From Myxococcota bacterium (GTDB lineage: Bacteria > Myxococcota_A > Polyangia > Nannocystales > Nannocystaceae): a DNA stretch of 64,000 nt. Positions within the stretch are counted from its first letter, which is position 1. Each line of letters opens with the position of its first letter. Below, piece after piece: positions 11,901 to 21,799 of the stretch. A program made the position numbers and the translations under genes. The DNA lies in contig JBCCWC010000003.1 in NCBI GenBank assembly GCA_039194325.1, positions 1 to 64,000 of the forward strand, written 5' to 3'. Under the pieces are notes generated by a model. The model was not told the DNA's origin. It worked only from the letters and a program-made list of their open reading frames with translations, and did not search any database.

Positions 11901-12956
11901 CCGGACCAGCGGCGGCACGTAGATCCTCGTGAGCCCGTCGTGGGTCAGCACGTGGAGGATGTTGCCGATGAAGGTCGCGTCCATGATCGGCGTGCCGTCC
12001 CCCTCGAACGAGGCCTTGTCGGAGATCTCGCCGCCCAGATCGACCAGGCGCACGTTGATCCTGGTGCCCGCGACCCCTTCGAGCCACACCGAGCCCCCGC
12101 CGGGACGCGCCAGCGACCGCAAGCTGCTCTGGGGCGTATGAAGCTCGACCTCGTTCGACAGCAGCGTCCCCTCGGCGTCGTAGCGGCGGACCACGGCCTT
12201 GGCCGGAGCGCTCATGTTGGAGCGCAGCGTCACCACATACACCCCACCTCGACCATCGGGACCCAGCGTGCCCCCCAGCTCGAATGCTCCGGTCGCATCA
12301 TGGGTGCCGTCGTGCACCATCACCGTCCACTGCGCCGTGCCATCGGCCGCGAGCCGCTGTAGATCGACCTGCTCGGGAATCCCGGTGTCGGTGGTCCACG
12401 TGGCTCGCAGCGCATAGGCCCCGTTGGCTTGGGCGGGCAGCAGCGCTCGACGCTCCTCGGCCTCGGGTCGCTCGACCTCCAAGGTGCCGTCGGGAAGGAC
12501 CCGGCCCTGCCAAAAGAACGGCCACTGGCCGCCGTGCACCCACGCCCCACCGTCTTCGCGAAGCACCACGGTCGGCATGTCCAGCGGACCCTCTGGGTCG
12601 GACAGCTCGACAGGCTCTCCGAGCGCCCCGCCTAGATCGATCCGGTCGAGCCAGACGACACCTTCGCCCTCGGTGGCCATTCGCAGGGCATCGCCCTCGG
12701 CCGTCAAGCCCAAGGCCAGCGGCGCACCCGGTAGCTCCACTTCCCACTGGGTTCGATCGTCCTGGTCATAAGCCGCCAGCCCGTGTCGCCCCAGCACGGC
12801 ATAGCCCGCAGCAATCGCCTCGATGTGCTCGACCTCCCGTAGCTCACGGTACGACACGAGGCTCAGCTCGGAGGTCTCGACCGGGCCCATCGACTCCGAC
12901 TCGTCGCCACAGGCGACGCCAACGCAGGCGAGCACCACCAGCAGCCGATCCGACAC
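11889..12956 (-). CDS. putative lipoprotein, beta-propeller-like
   Basis: Lipobox VGVACGD after GTG 12956 (ORF extends to 12998); repeated W-x-V and D-x-x-G blades. Confidence 0.75.
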   Translation of the reverse strand: MSDRLLVVLACVGVACGDESESMGPVETSELSLVSYRELREVEHIEAIAAGYAVLGRHGLAAYDQDDRTQWEVELPGAPLALGLTAEGDALRMATEGEGVVWLDRIDLGGALGEPVELSDPEGPLDMPTVVLREDGGAWVHGGQWPFFWQGRVLPDGTLEVERPEAEERRALLPAQANGAYALRATWTTDTGIPEQVDLQRLAADGTAQWTVMVHDGTHDATGAFELGGTLGPDGRGGVYVVTLRSNMSAPAKAVVRRYDAEGTLLSNEVELHTPQSSLRSLARPGGGSVWLEGVAGTRINVRLVDLGGEISDKASFEGDGTPIMDATFIGNILHVLTHDGLTRIYVPPLVRPVM

Positions 12957-12994
12957 CCGCTCAGTATAGGAGACGAACTGGCGCCGCGGTCGAC

Positions 12995-13609
12995 TCACAC
13001 CAAATAACGGTGCACCAAGGTCGCGAGCTCGCGCTGGAACGCGGCGTTGCCGAACTGACGGGGATCCCGGCGCACCGTGCTACGCACCAGCCCAGAGACG
13101 GCACGGCACAGGATCTGCGATGACAATTTGGGGTCTTGAACCCTCAGTACGTCTCGGCGCCCCCCCAACGCCTCGGCCACCGCAGCCTCCACATGATCCG
13201 CGAAGCGATCGACCAGCCTCATGCCATCGACGCGCAGCAGCAGCTGATGAAAGACCTGATGACGCAAGGCCCGCGAGCGATGCACGTCGATGATCGCGGC
13301 GACGAGCTGGTCGATCGCCACGTCGATCGGTGCATGCTTCACCTCGGCCAGCACGGTGAGCACTCGCTCGGACAGCTCGGCAAAGTGACGCTCGACGAGC
13401 TCGGCGACGATCGCGTCCTTGGTGGGGAAGTACTGATAGAGCGACCCCACGCTCACTCCCGCGCGGTCGGCGATGCGTCCGGTGGTGGCCCCCTGGTAGC
13501 CGCGCTCTTCCAAAACCTGAGCGGTGGCCTCGAGGATCGCCGCGACGGTGGCCTCGGAGCGCGCCTGAACCGGCCTACGGCGGCGTTTGTTGGCGTTCTT
13601 GGGGCTCAT
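12995..13609 (-). CDS. TetR/AcrR family transcriptional regulator
   Basis: HTH TTGRIADRAGVSVGSLYQYFPTK. Confidence 0.95.
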   Translation of the reverse strand: MSPKNANKRRRRPVQARSEATVAAILEATAQVLEERGYQGATTGRIADRAGVSVGSLYQYFPTKDAIVAELVERHFAELSERVLTVLAEVKHAPIDVAIDQLVAAIIDVHRSRALRHQVFHQLLLRVDGMRLVDRFADHVEAAVAEALGGRRDVLRVQDPKLSSQILCRAVSGLVRSTVRRDPRQFGNAAFQRELATLVHRYLV

Positions 13610-13726
13610 CGCGGACCGTTGGCGAACATGAGTCGAAAGGGGCGGGAATCTTACTCATCCTAGATCGTGATGAGGGCCTGCGGCACGCGGCGTCGGCCGG
13701 ACTCGCCATGACAAGGCTGGTAGCCC

Positions 13727-14422
13727 ATGCGTAAGACGCTGAACATGCTCCGCTTCCTGCGAACCTATGTCGCCCTGGTCCGAGATCCCAACCAACTCCA
13801 GCGGGTCTTCGCCTTGGCGGACCGGCTGGCCAAGGGCGACCTGTTCGAGCGGATGCCATGGCTGCGCGGAAGACCAGAGATCGAGGCGCTGATCTCCGAT
13901 CCCGCCTGGCGTCTGCGCTGCGATCGCGCCCGGCTGTCCCGGCTGCCCCCCAAGACCCTTGGTCGTCAGTATGCCGACTTCCTCACGCACAACGGACTCG
14001 AGCCCGACGAGCTCGACCATTCGCGGGGGCAGAGCACGCTTCAGCGCTTGCGGATCCACCTGGAGAGCACCCACGACGTGTGGCACGTGGTCACCGGGTT
14101 CGACACCGACGTCGCCGGGGAACTCGGGCTGCAAGCCTTTTACTATGCGCAACTGTCGACCCCACTACCGCTGGCCTTGATCTCAGCGGGGTTGCTCAAC
14201 GGTGCGCTGATGAACAAGGGCCCGAGCTCAGCGCGAGTGGAACAGCTGGCCCGTGGGTACTGGATGGGTCGCCGCGCCGTACCGCTGACGGGGATCGACT
14301 GGAGCGAGCACTGGGAGCGACCCCTAGACGAACTCCGTCGCAAGCTACGGGTCGACGTCGCGCTCGACGTGACAACCGAGGCTTCGCAGCCCGTGGCCGC
14401 AGCACGAGGATTTCTGTCGTAG
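13727..14422 (+). CDS. Coq4 family protein
   Basis: LPPKTLGRQY and HDVWHVVTGFDTDVAGE (HDxxH...E metal motif); divergent from TetR. Confidence 0.88.
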   Translation: MRKTLNMLRFLRTYVALVRDPNQLQRVFALADRLAKGDLFERMPWLRGRPEIEALISDPAWRLRCDRARLSRLPPKTLGRQYADFLTHNGLEPDELDHSRGQSTLQRLRIHLESTHDVWHVVTGFDTDVAGELGLQAFYYAQLSTPLPLALISAGLLNGALMNKGPSSARVEQLARGYWMGRRAVPLTGIDWSEHWERPLDELRRKLRVDVALDVTTEASQPVAAARGFLS

Positions 14423-14702
14423 GGTCGGGCCGCGATCGGGCCGCGATCGGGCCTCCAGTGAGTCACCTGCGACGAGCTGCTTGCAGTGAGCGGCCTACGG
14501 TCGTCGACACTTGGTTGATCACGCGTACTCATTGATCACCCAGGACTCACGCGATCGGAACACGCGGATCGGACGAGCTCGGGCCCAGACGTTGTCCATC
14601 GGGGCATCGGGAGGGTTCGTTCCATGACGTGCGATTCGCTGTTCGAACCAATGCGCTGGTGCCGCCGACCCCCGAGCGCTACGGTCGCCGTGAGGGATTG
14701 CG

Positions 14703-15851
14703 ATGATGAGTATGGGAATCGTCGGGCTGACACTAGTGAGCGCGTGGTTGGGGCTGGAGCCGGGTCAGTGGCAGGCTCCGACGCAGCCCCAACAGATCGT
14801 CAACGGCAGTGCCGTCCAGACCTGCGGCTGGCCAACCACGGTGCTGGCCGGAGGCGGCTGCACGGGGACGCTGGTGCACCCACGGGTGATCTCCACCGCG
14901 CAGCACTGCGGCGTGCCCGGGTCGGTGACCTTCGGCGAGGCGGCCGGCAGCGGCGGGCCCTCGGTAGACGTGGTGACTTGCGTGGGCGAAGGCAGCGACG
15001 ACGCGATGCTCTGCGAGCTGGCCGAGGAGGTGCCGCTGGCTGTGACTCCGGTGCTGTTCGGCTGCGAGCTCGACGGCTACATGCAGGTCGGGCAAGAGGT
15101 GGTCATCGCCGGCTTTGGCCAGACCAGCTTCGGTATGGGCGGAGGCACCAAGCTGTGGGCTCCACAGGTCATCTCCGCGGTCGAACCCGGGCGCACGATC
15201 ATCGGTAACGCCGGCGACGGCACCTCACCATGCCCGGGGGACTCGGGAGGGCCGGTCTTCGTACAGGTAGCCGATGGCAGCTGGCGGGTCTTTGGAACCG
15301 TGCTCGGGGGTACCACGGGGGTCCCCTGCAACTCGGCCGCCGATTTCCAGCGGATCGACCCGGTGGTGCCCAACTTCGAGATGCAGACGGGGATCGACAT
15401 CACCCCGTGCTTCGATGGCCAGACGGGCGCGTGGGATCCCGGACCCGACTGCGGCGGATTCTTCGCGGGTGACCACACCGAAGCCGGGACCTGGAACGAC
15501 TGGTGCGCAGCTGCGCCGGTGGGCGGGTTCAGCGACGAGTGTGGCGCTCCCTTCGACGACGGCTCGGGGGGCAGCAGCGGCGGCATGAACGAGACGGGCG
15601 ACGGATCCAGCGGCGACGTCCCGCCCGGCGATGGCTCGACCGGGGGTGGATCGGGTATCGGTAGCACGGGAGACGGCGGCGCGACCACGGAAGCCACCAC
15701 CCAGACCGATCCCGGGGCGACCAGCGTGGACACGAGCGCGATGGATGACGACGGCGACGGCCAGGGGTGCGGCTGTCGCCAGGGCCCGATGCCGCTACCC
15801 GCCGGCGCGCTGCTGATGATGACCGTGCTCGGCCTACGCCGGCGCCGGTGA
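14703..15851 (+). CDS. S1 (trypsin-like) serine protease with MYXO-CTERM sorting tail
   Basis: IVNG, TAQHC, GDSGGP; C-terminus GCGC...hydrophobic...RRRR. Confidence 0.93.
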   Translation: MMSMGIVGLTLVSAWLGLEPGQWQAPTQPQQIVNGSAVQTCGWPTTVLAGGGCTGTLVHPRVISTAQHCGVPGSVTFGEAAGSGGPSVDVVTCVGEGSDDAMLCELAEEVPLAVTPVLFGCELDGYMQVGQEVVIAGFGQTSFGMGGGTKLWAPQVISAVEPGRTIIGNAGDGTSPCPGDSGGPVFVQVADGSWRVFGTVLGGTTGVPCNSAADFQRIDPVVPNFEMQTGIDITPCFDGQTGAWDPGPDCGGFFAGDHTEAGTWNDWCAAAPVGGFSDECGAPFDDGSGGSSGGMNETGDGSSGDVPPGDGSTGGGSGIGSTGDGGATTEATTQTDPGATSVDTSAMDDDGDGQGCGCRQGPMPLPAGALLMMTVLGLRRRR

Positions 15852-16112
15852 CTGCCCATTCGACCACGCGCGTTCACCCACACTCGTTCACCCACACAAG
15901 CGGCGGCCCTTGGGCCGGAAGCGACTGAGCCGACGAGCGCGCCCCAGCCAGGGGCCGCGCTCGCGGGTTCCGAAGCGCCCGCGGCTCTCCGATGATTGGC
16001 CTTCGCCCGCTCGCGCTCCATTCGAGGCGAGAGGCATGGGTTACCATACGGTCAAAAAAAACCGATCGAATCGACCCATAAACGGAACTAGAGGGTCTGC
16101 AAGCGAGCCACC

Positions 16113-17684
16113 ATGACCATGAACATGCGCAAACTAGACACAATGGAAACGATCCTCGCGGTGGGGACGAGCGTTATCATCTTTACGGCGTGTATACGAG
16201 ATCCGGTCATGTCCGACGGCGGCACGACGATGGACATGACGACGACCGGCGAGTCGACGACGACGACGACTTCCACCCCTCCCAGCGTCGACGATTCGAC
16301 GACGGCGACCACCACCGAGACCCCGACCACCTCCGGCGCCACAACCGAGGAGCCGCCAGACACTGATCCCACGGGGGAGCCGCTCGACTGCACGATCGAC
16401 GGGTCATGCCCGCTCATCGACATCCTCTTCGTCGTCGACAACTCGGGCTCGATGGGCACGCTGCAGCTCAACCTCGCGCGCAGCTTCGGCTCGCTCATCG
16501 AGGAGCTGCAAGACCTCGCGGACTTCGACGGCCAGCCCTTGCACCCTGATGTCAACATCATGGTGACCACCACCGACATCGGTCACCCGCTGTGTACGGC
16601 CTTCCAACCGCCCGACTACACCCCGCAGAGCGGGGCGCCCGTCTACAGCGGCTGCAACACTCGCATCAATCGATTCACCGGCATCAGCCCGGTCGATCCG
16701 GTGGTCATCGAAGAAGCCTGCACGGAGAACTGCCCGGCCGACATCGTGCCGGGCGACCACTTCATCCACTTCGACGCCGACAGCAGCAACGTCCCCGAAG
16801 ACGACGTGGCCGCGGCCTTGGCGTGCATCGGCCCGCAGGGCATCGACGGCTGCGGCTACGAGTCACCCCTGGAGACGATGCTCCAGGCAGCCAACGAGAG
16901 CGCATGCTGGAACGACCCCGATCAGGCGGGGTGCGACAACGACCCCGAGTGGGCCGACGTGACCGAGGGCTTCTTGCGAGACGGAGCCACGCTCGCCGTA
17001 GTGCTCTTCACCGACGAGCTCGATTGCTCGGTGCAGGGGCCCGGCGGCTACTCGTACTTCACCGACATCGAGAACGCGACCTACTGGAACCTCAACCCGG
17101 ATCTAGGGGTCCCGCAGGCCACGTCCGCGGTCTGTCGTAACGCAGGGGTCGCGTGTTCCGGCAACGGGAACATCTACGAGGCGTGCATCGCGGTCGACAA
17201 CGAAGTCCTGCACCCGGTGGCGCGCTACACCCAGTACCTGGACTATTTGTCGCAAACCCGTGAGGTGGTCATGCTCAGCCTCACCGGCGTGCCGCCGGTC
17301 GTAGCTTACAATCCCGAGCTCCCGTACGAGCCCGTCGCGGGTGGAGCGGTGGATCTGCTGTACCGCAATTGGATCGATGGTCCCTATCCGGCCGGCGACA
17401 TCTTGCCGGCCGAGTGGGACGCGGGCCGGCGGGCAGTCAACAAGGTCTTCGAGTTCGGCGACATCGGCCCCGGCTGCTTCGGGCAGGACGACCGGGGCGA
17501 AACCATCACCCAAGGGCTCCCGCCGGTACGGATCCGCGAGACCTGCGAGCACCTGAACTCCTTCGACGACAACGGCGAGCAACAGGTGCGCTGCTGCATC
17601 GACTCGGTCTGCGACGGCGACTTCAGCAACGCGTTCCGCTGCCTGGGCGGCACCTTGTCGGAGGCCATCGAGCGCTCGAACTAG
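16113..17684 (+). CDS. vWA-domain Cys-rich lipoprotein
   Basis: Lipobox FTAC, Thr-rich linker, MIDAS DILFVVDNSGSM, GCGYESPLE, FLRDGA...FTDELDCS. Confidence 0.88.
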   Translation: MTMNMRKLDTMETILAVGTSVIIFTACIRDPVMSDGGTTMDMTTTGESTTTTTSTPPSVDDSTTATTTETPTTSGATTEEPPDTDPTGEPLDCTIDGSCPLIDILFVVDNSGSMGTLQLNLARSFGSLIEELQDLADFDGQPLHPDVNIMVTTTDIGHPLCTAFQPPDYTPQSGAPVYSGCNTRINRFTGISPVDPVVIEEACTENCPADIVPGDHFIHFDADSSNVPEDDVAAALACIGPQGIDGCGYESPLETMLQAANESACWNDPDQAGCDNDPEWADVTEGFLRDGATLAVVLFTDELDCSVQGPGGYSYFTDIENATYWNLNPDLGVPQATSAVCRNAGVACSGNGNIYEACIAVDNEVLHPVARYTQYLDYLSQTREVVMLSLTGVPPVVAYNPELPYEPVAGGAVDLLYRNWIDGPYPAGDILPAEWDAGRRAVNKVFEFGDIGPGCFGQDDRGETITQGLPPVRIRETCEHLNSFDDNGEQQVRCCIDSVCDGDFSNAFRCLGGTLSEAIERSN

Positions 17685-17734
17685 CCACCCGCTGGCCCCA
17701 GCCAGAGCGCTCGGGCCAACGTCGCCCGGAGCTA

Positions 17735-18238
17735 CTAGTCGGGATCCATCTCGAAGATCCGCGGCGGCTTGGGCTCGCCCTCGAAGTAGTCGGCCGACTC
17801 CATGCGCCCGAGCTGCTCGAGGCTACGCACGAGCACCTTGCCACTGTCGGGGTACACACAGACCTCATCGGGATCGTGGGCCCCGATCGCCAAGTAGACC
17901 AGATCCTCGTCGTAGGGGTTGGCGATCTGGTGAGCATCGCCGGTGCCGGCCGGGCACGAGACGCAGTCACCCGCGCGTAGCGGCACCACCCGATCGCCAT
18001 AGCGGAGGATCCCCCGGCCCGAGAGCACGAAGAACGCCTCGTCCTCCCGCTGATGGCTGTGGAAGGGACCGGTGGTGCGACCCGGCTCCACCCGCATGTG
18101 GTTGACGCCGAGCTTCCCCCCGCGGGGTCGCATCGACGGCGTCAATATCTTGAACTCTGCCCCCCAATGCTCGCCCTGGTGGCGCTCGATGGACTTGGCA
18201 TCGTCGACATTGACGACGATCGGTGGAATGTCGGTCAT
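17735..18238 (-). CDS. cupin domain protein
   Basis: PFHSHQREDEAFFVLSGRG and PAGTGDAHQIAN cupin motifs. Confidence 0.92.
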   Translation of the reverse strand: MTDIPPIVVNVDDAKSIERHQGEHWGAEFKILTPSMRPRGGKLGVNHMRVEPGRTTGPFHSHQREDEAFFVLSGRGILRYGDRVVPLRAGDCVSCPAGTGDAHQIANPYDEDLVYLAIGAHDPDEVCVYPDSGKVLVRSLEQLGRMESADYFEGEPKPPRIFEMDPD

Positions 18239-18297
18239 TACGAGAAGCATAGCGGTGCGCGGGCCTCCCCGAGCGCTCGCGTTCCGCGCTCGCTACC

Positions 18298-19323
18298 ATG
18301 CGGCGCATGCTCGGGCTCGCCCTGCTCGTGCTCGTCGGCGCCGACGATCCGCTCACGGTGCGCTGGGATGCGCCGGTGGATCGTTGTGTCTCAGCCGCAG
18401 AGGTCGAACGCCGGCTACGCGAACGCCTGGGACCACGCCTGCCGGGGCGAGATCGAGTGGCGATCGCCGGTACGGTGACCGAGCACGACGACGGCCTACG
18501 GTTGCGACTACGCGTGGTCGTCGACGACGAGGTGACCGAGCGCGAACTCGAGGCTCCAGTGTGCGAGGAGCTATTGGATGCCGCGGTGCTCATCGCCTCG
18601 CTCACGGTGGGCACCGAGTCACCATTGCCCGATCCAACGGACGATCCGGGTGTGCCCGCCGAAGATCCAACCCCCGACTCTGGCGAGGTCGGATCCGAGC
18701 CGCAGCTGCCCGAGCCTACGGACGCAACTGAGTCTTTCGACCCACCCGCATCGCCCAGATCCGAACCGCCGCCCCCAACGATCCCCGAGCGCAACGCACA
18801 ACGCCGACCGTGGCTCGGCGCGGCCCGGCTAGGCGCCGGTGTGGCCGGGGGTCAGATCCCAGGGATCAGCGCGATCATCACGGCCGGCGCGAGTCTCCAC
18901 GGCTCTCGTTGGATCACGCGGCTCGATTTCACGTATGCACCACGCCGTCGCGCCCTTGCGCCGGACTTCGAGGACCGCGGCGCGTTCATCCAGGCCTGGC
19001 ACTTCTCGCTCGACGGCGGGCTTCGCTGGCCGCTCGGCAAGCGCGTCCACCTGCCCGCCACGCTGGGCCTCGAAATCGGCGCACTTCACGGGCGCGGATA
19101 CGGGGTCGCCACCTCCACACGCCGAGCGCAGCCGTGGATCGCGCCCGCTGTATCCGTGGGGATCGACATTCGCCTCACTGCACGCGTGGGACTGTGGGCC
19201 GCCGGGAGGCTCAGCGTGCCCGTGGTACGCCCAGCATTCGAGATCGAAGGCAGAGGAACAGTGTTTCGCGTGGAGCGCATATCGCCACGGGGGGCGGCGG
19301 GCATCATGGTCACCTGGCCATGA
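18298..19323 (+). CDS. hypothetical exported protein, Pro-rich linker plus C-terminal beta-barrel-like domain
   Basis: Signal peptide, VRWDAPVDRC domain, Pro/Asp linker, amphipathic beta strands ending VTWP. Confidence 0.8.
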   Translation: MRRMLGLALLVLVGADDPLTVRWDAPVDRCVSAAEVERRLRERLGPRLPGRDRVAIAGTVTEHDDGLRLRLRVVVDDEVTERELEAPVCEELLDAAVLIASLTVGTESPLPDPTDDPGVPAEDPTPDSGEVGSEPQLPEPTDATESFDPPASPRSEPPPPTIPERNAQRRPWLGAARLGAGVAGGQIPGISAIITAGASLHGSRWITRLDFTYAPRRRALAPDFEDRGAFIQAWHFSLDGGLRWPLGKRVHLPATLGLEIGALHGRGYGVATSTRRAQPWIAPAVSVGIDIRLTARVGLWAAGRLSVPVVRPAFEIEGRGTVFRVERISPRGAAGIMVTWP

Positions 19324-19346
19324 CGGATCGGTCCGGGTCCGGACAT
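19321..19346 (+). promoter_or_regulatory. candidate ECF promoter, copy 1 (TGACGGA-N11-CCGGACAT)
   Basis: Same boxes and spacing as 20733-20758; lies just upstream of the sigma gene; its TGA is the stop of the preceding CDS. Confidence 0.75.
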
Positions 19347-19358
19347 TGCTCGCCTCCA

Positions 19359-19934
19359 GTGGTCGCGCTGGCTTTCGAAAGCACCACCGGCCGGGTCCCC
19401 CGCTCATCAACGCGCATGCTCACACGCGAGCAGCGGGTCGAAGATCTGTTTCGAACCCACTATCCGTTCGTACGCCGGATGCTCCGCTATTGGGGTGTAC
19501 CGCCAGCGGGGCTGGAGGACGCGGCCCAAGACGTGTTCGTGGTGGTGACCCGCTCGGTCGAGCGCATGCACGACGACGTCGACGAGCGCAGCTGGCTGCT
19601 GGGCATTGCCCGCCGGGTGGCCCGCAATCAGCGGCGCTCGACCCTTCGTCGGAAGATCCGCCATTTAGCGCTACGAGCCGAGGTCGAGGTGACCCCGAGC
19701 CCCTCGCTCTCGCATCGTCATGAGCGCGCGGCGTTGGCCGTGCAGCTGTTGCAGGGCGTGCCCGAGCGTCAGCGGGTGGTGCTGGTGCTCGCCGATCTCG
19801 AGGGGTGGACCGCTCCGGAGATCGCCGAGGCGCTCGACCTCAAGCTCAACACCGTCTACTCGCGCTTACGCCTGGCCCGGCGTCGGCTCGAAGCGCGCCG
19901 GACCGAATTGCTCGGGCGGCAGGGAGTTCAGTGA
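19359..19934 (+). CDS. ECF RNA polymerase sigma factor
   Basis: Region 2 LEDAAQDVFVVV and SWLLGIARRVA, region 4 EIAEALDLKLNTVYSRLRLAR. Start uncertain (ATG 19320, GTG 19359, ATG 19416). Confidence 0.93.
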   Translation: MVALAFESTTGRVPRSSTRMLTREQRVEDLFRTHYPFVRRMLRYWGVPPAGLEDAAQDVFVVVTRSVERMHDDVDERSWLLGIARRVARNQRRSTLRRKIRHLALRAEVEVTPSPSLSHRHERAALAVQLLQGVPERQRVVLVLADLEGWTAPEIAEALDLKLNTVYSRLRLARRRLEARRTELLGRQGVQ

Positions 19935-19938
19935 CGAC

Positions 19939-20712
19939 ATGAACGAGCCGTCTCCGCAGACCCGCGCGCTGCTCGATGATCTTCGGGCCGTCGAGCAGCT
20001 GACCCCCAGCCAGATCGACCACGCCTGGCGACGCTTTGCCGACCGGCAGCAGCGTCGGCGACGGCGCACGGTCGCGCTGTGGTTCGGGCTCACCGCGGCT
20101 GCGGTGACGACCGCGGTGCTGCTGGTGCCCTCGCTTCGCTCCACCGCGCTCGGACGACGGCACGATCCGGGCTCTATGATGGAAGCGATCCGGCAGGCGA
20201 TCCGACAACCGCACGGTCGACGGATCGCGACTCGGGCCCAGACTCAGAACCACACTCAGGCCCAAACTGGGAACCAGACTGGAAGCGCCGCCGGCACGAG
20301 CTCCGCCACGCCGGCGTTGCCCGAACCGCCTGCCCTCCCCGAGGCGAGCGTGATGTCGACCGAGCCTCCCGGGGGATCCGAGCCGAAGGGCTCGGCGACT
20401 TCGTCCGTCGCGAGCGATCCCCATGCTCGCCCGCGCTCGAAAGAGGACACCCCCGCCTCCGAGCCAACGCCGGCTATACCCTCGACCGCCGCATCGACCG
20501 CCGCATCGACCGCTGCATCGATCGCAGCCGAGCTGTCGCTGCTCGACCAAGCCGAGCGAGCCCTTCGTGAAGGGAAGCTCGACCGAGTCGAGCGTCTGCT
20601 CGCCGACCACCGCGAGCGCTTCCCCAAAGGCACTCTGGTCGAGGAGCGTCGCACGCTCATGGAGCAGCTTCGGCTCCGCCGCAACGCCAGCCCGACTACT
20701 CGAGAGAATTGA
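19939..20712 (+). CDS. putative single-pass anti-sigma factor
   Basis: Short cytoplasmic N-terminus, RRRRR plus TM helix, Pro/Ser linker, TPR-like tail ELSLLDQAERAL...RFPKGTLVEER; directly after the ECF gene. Confidence 0.7.
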   Translation: MNEPSPQTRALLDDLRAVEQLTPSQIDHAWRRFADRQQRRRRRTVALWFGLTAAAVTTAVLLVPSLRSTALGRRHDPGSMMEAIRQAIRQPHGRRIATRAQTQNHTQAQTGNQTGSAAGTSSATPALPEPPALPEASVMSTEPPGGSEPKGSATSSVASDPHARPRSKEDTPASEPTPAIPSTAASTAASTAASIAAELSLLDQAERALREGKLDRVERLLADHRERFPKGTLVEERRTLMEQLRLRRNASPTTREN

Positions 20713-20732
20713 TACTTTTGTCGATGGCCGAC

Positions 20733-20758
20733 TGACGGAATGGTTGGACCCCGGACAT
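20733..20758 (+). promoter_or_regulatory. candidate ECF promoter, copy 2 (TGACGGA-N11-CCGGACAT)
   Basis: TGACGGA ATGGTTGGACC CCGGACAT, 18 nt before ATG 20777. Confidence 0.75.
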
Positions 20759-20776
20759 CGCTTCGATTCACAAGCC

Positions 20777-21697
20777 ATGCAACGGTTCAATGCGACTGGT
20801 CTCTTGATTCCCCTGGTCTTCGCCTTTGCCTGCGATCTCGACCCGGCCCCGGTTGGTGAAGATCCGGGCTCATCTGGTGGCCCTGGCAACACCTCCACCA
20901 GCTCCGCCACCGGCGGCGGGAGCAGCGGCGGGAGCGGCGGCGGGAGCCTGGGCGGGAGTGGTGGCCAAACGAGCCTCACTAGCGACGACGGCGGTTCCAT
21001 GAGCGAAACCGGGTTCAAGCTAGACATCGGCCCAGACCCGAGCGGAACCTCCAGCGGCGGGGCCGGCTCCGAGACCAACGGCGGCCCCGTGCTCGACATC
21101 GGCAACGGTCTGTCCTGTGACCCCCTGCTGCAAGACTGCTTCGTCGGTGAAGCCTGCTATCCCGCGGGCGAGCAGTTCGAGTGCAGCGGCCCGCCCGACA
21201 CGGGCATGTCCGGGGATCCGTGCTTCGCACAAGAGGATTGCGCCCCCGGCCTGTACTGTGCAGACGACAGCGAGTGCCACGAGTTCTGCGACGTCAACGA
21301 CGGCGCCGCATGCAGTGACCCCGCCCAGAGCTGCGACCTCTGGTTCCCCATGGGCACGGCACCTCCGGGGCTAGAGGACTTGGGCTCGTGCGGCGGCGCT
21401 GGTGCTCCTCCCCCGTCGGGCCTCGATTGCAATCCCCTGCTACAAGACTGTCCCGAAGGCGAGGGCTGCTACCCCGACGCCATGGGGTTCACCTGTGACA
21501 CGGCGGGCATGGCTCTGGCCGGCGATGCATGCGGGGCGGGCTGCGCTGTGGGGTTGCTCTGTGACGCCGGCACATGCGCCGAAATCTGCGACATGTCCTT
21601 CCGCTTGTGCAACGATCCTACGCTCAGCTGTGTGGACTACTTTGCGCCCGGCACCGCCCCGCCCGGACTCGAGGACATGGGCTACTGCGCCCCGTAG
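20777..21697 (+). CDS. Cys-rich repeat lipoprotein
   Basis: Lipobox AFAC, Gly/Ser linker, two copies of C(D/N)PLLQDC..GE.CYP...GTAPPGLED(L/M)G.C. Confidence 0.85.
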   Translation: MQRFNATGLLIPLVFAFACDLDPAPVGEDPGSSGGPGNTSTSSATGGGSSGGSGGGSLGGSGGQTSLTSDDGGSMSETGFKLDIGPDPSGTSSGGAGSETNGGPVLDIGNGLSCDPLLQDCFVGEACYPAGEQFECSGPPDTGMSGDPCFAQEDCAPGLYCADDSECHEFCDVNDGAACSDPAQSCDLWFPMGTAPPGLEDLGSCGGAGAPPPSGLDCNPLLQDCPEGEGCYPDAMGFTCDTAGMALAGDACGAGCAVGLLCDAGTCAEICDMSFRLCNDPTLSCVDYFAPGTAPPGLEDMGYCAP

Positions 21698-21752
21698 GGG
21701 GTACTCCCCAAGCACCGTCACGCGCCCCCCTCGGGGCCACGAAGCGAAGCGA

Positions 21753-21778
21753 GCCGGGTCGCCACGAGGCGGCCCGGC
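21753..21778. terminator. GC-rich hairpin between convergent genes
   Basis: GCCGGGTCGCC-ACGA-GGCGGCCCGGC, 11-bp stem with one G-U pair. Confidence 0.55.
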
Positions 21779-21799
21779 CTCTCGGCTCGCTCGTCGTCT

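Noticed and set aside
14515..14550. TTGATCAC direct repeats as a Crp/Fnr site
   Set aside because: They are direct repeats 17 bp apart, not TTGAT-N4-ATCAA; more likely another local duplication.
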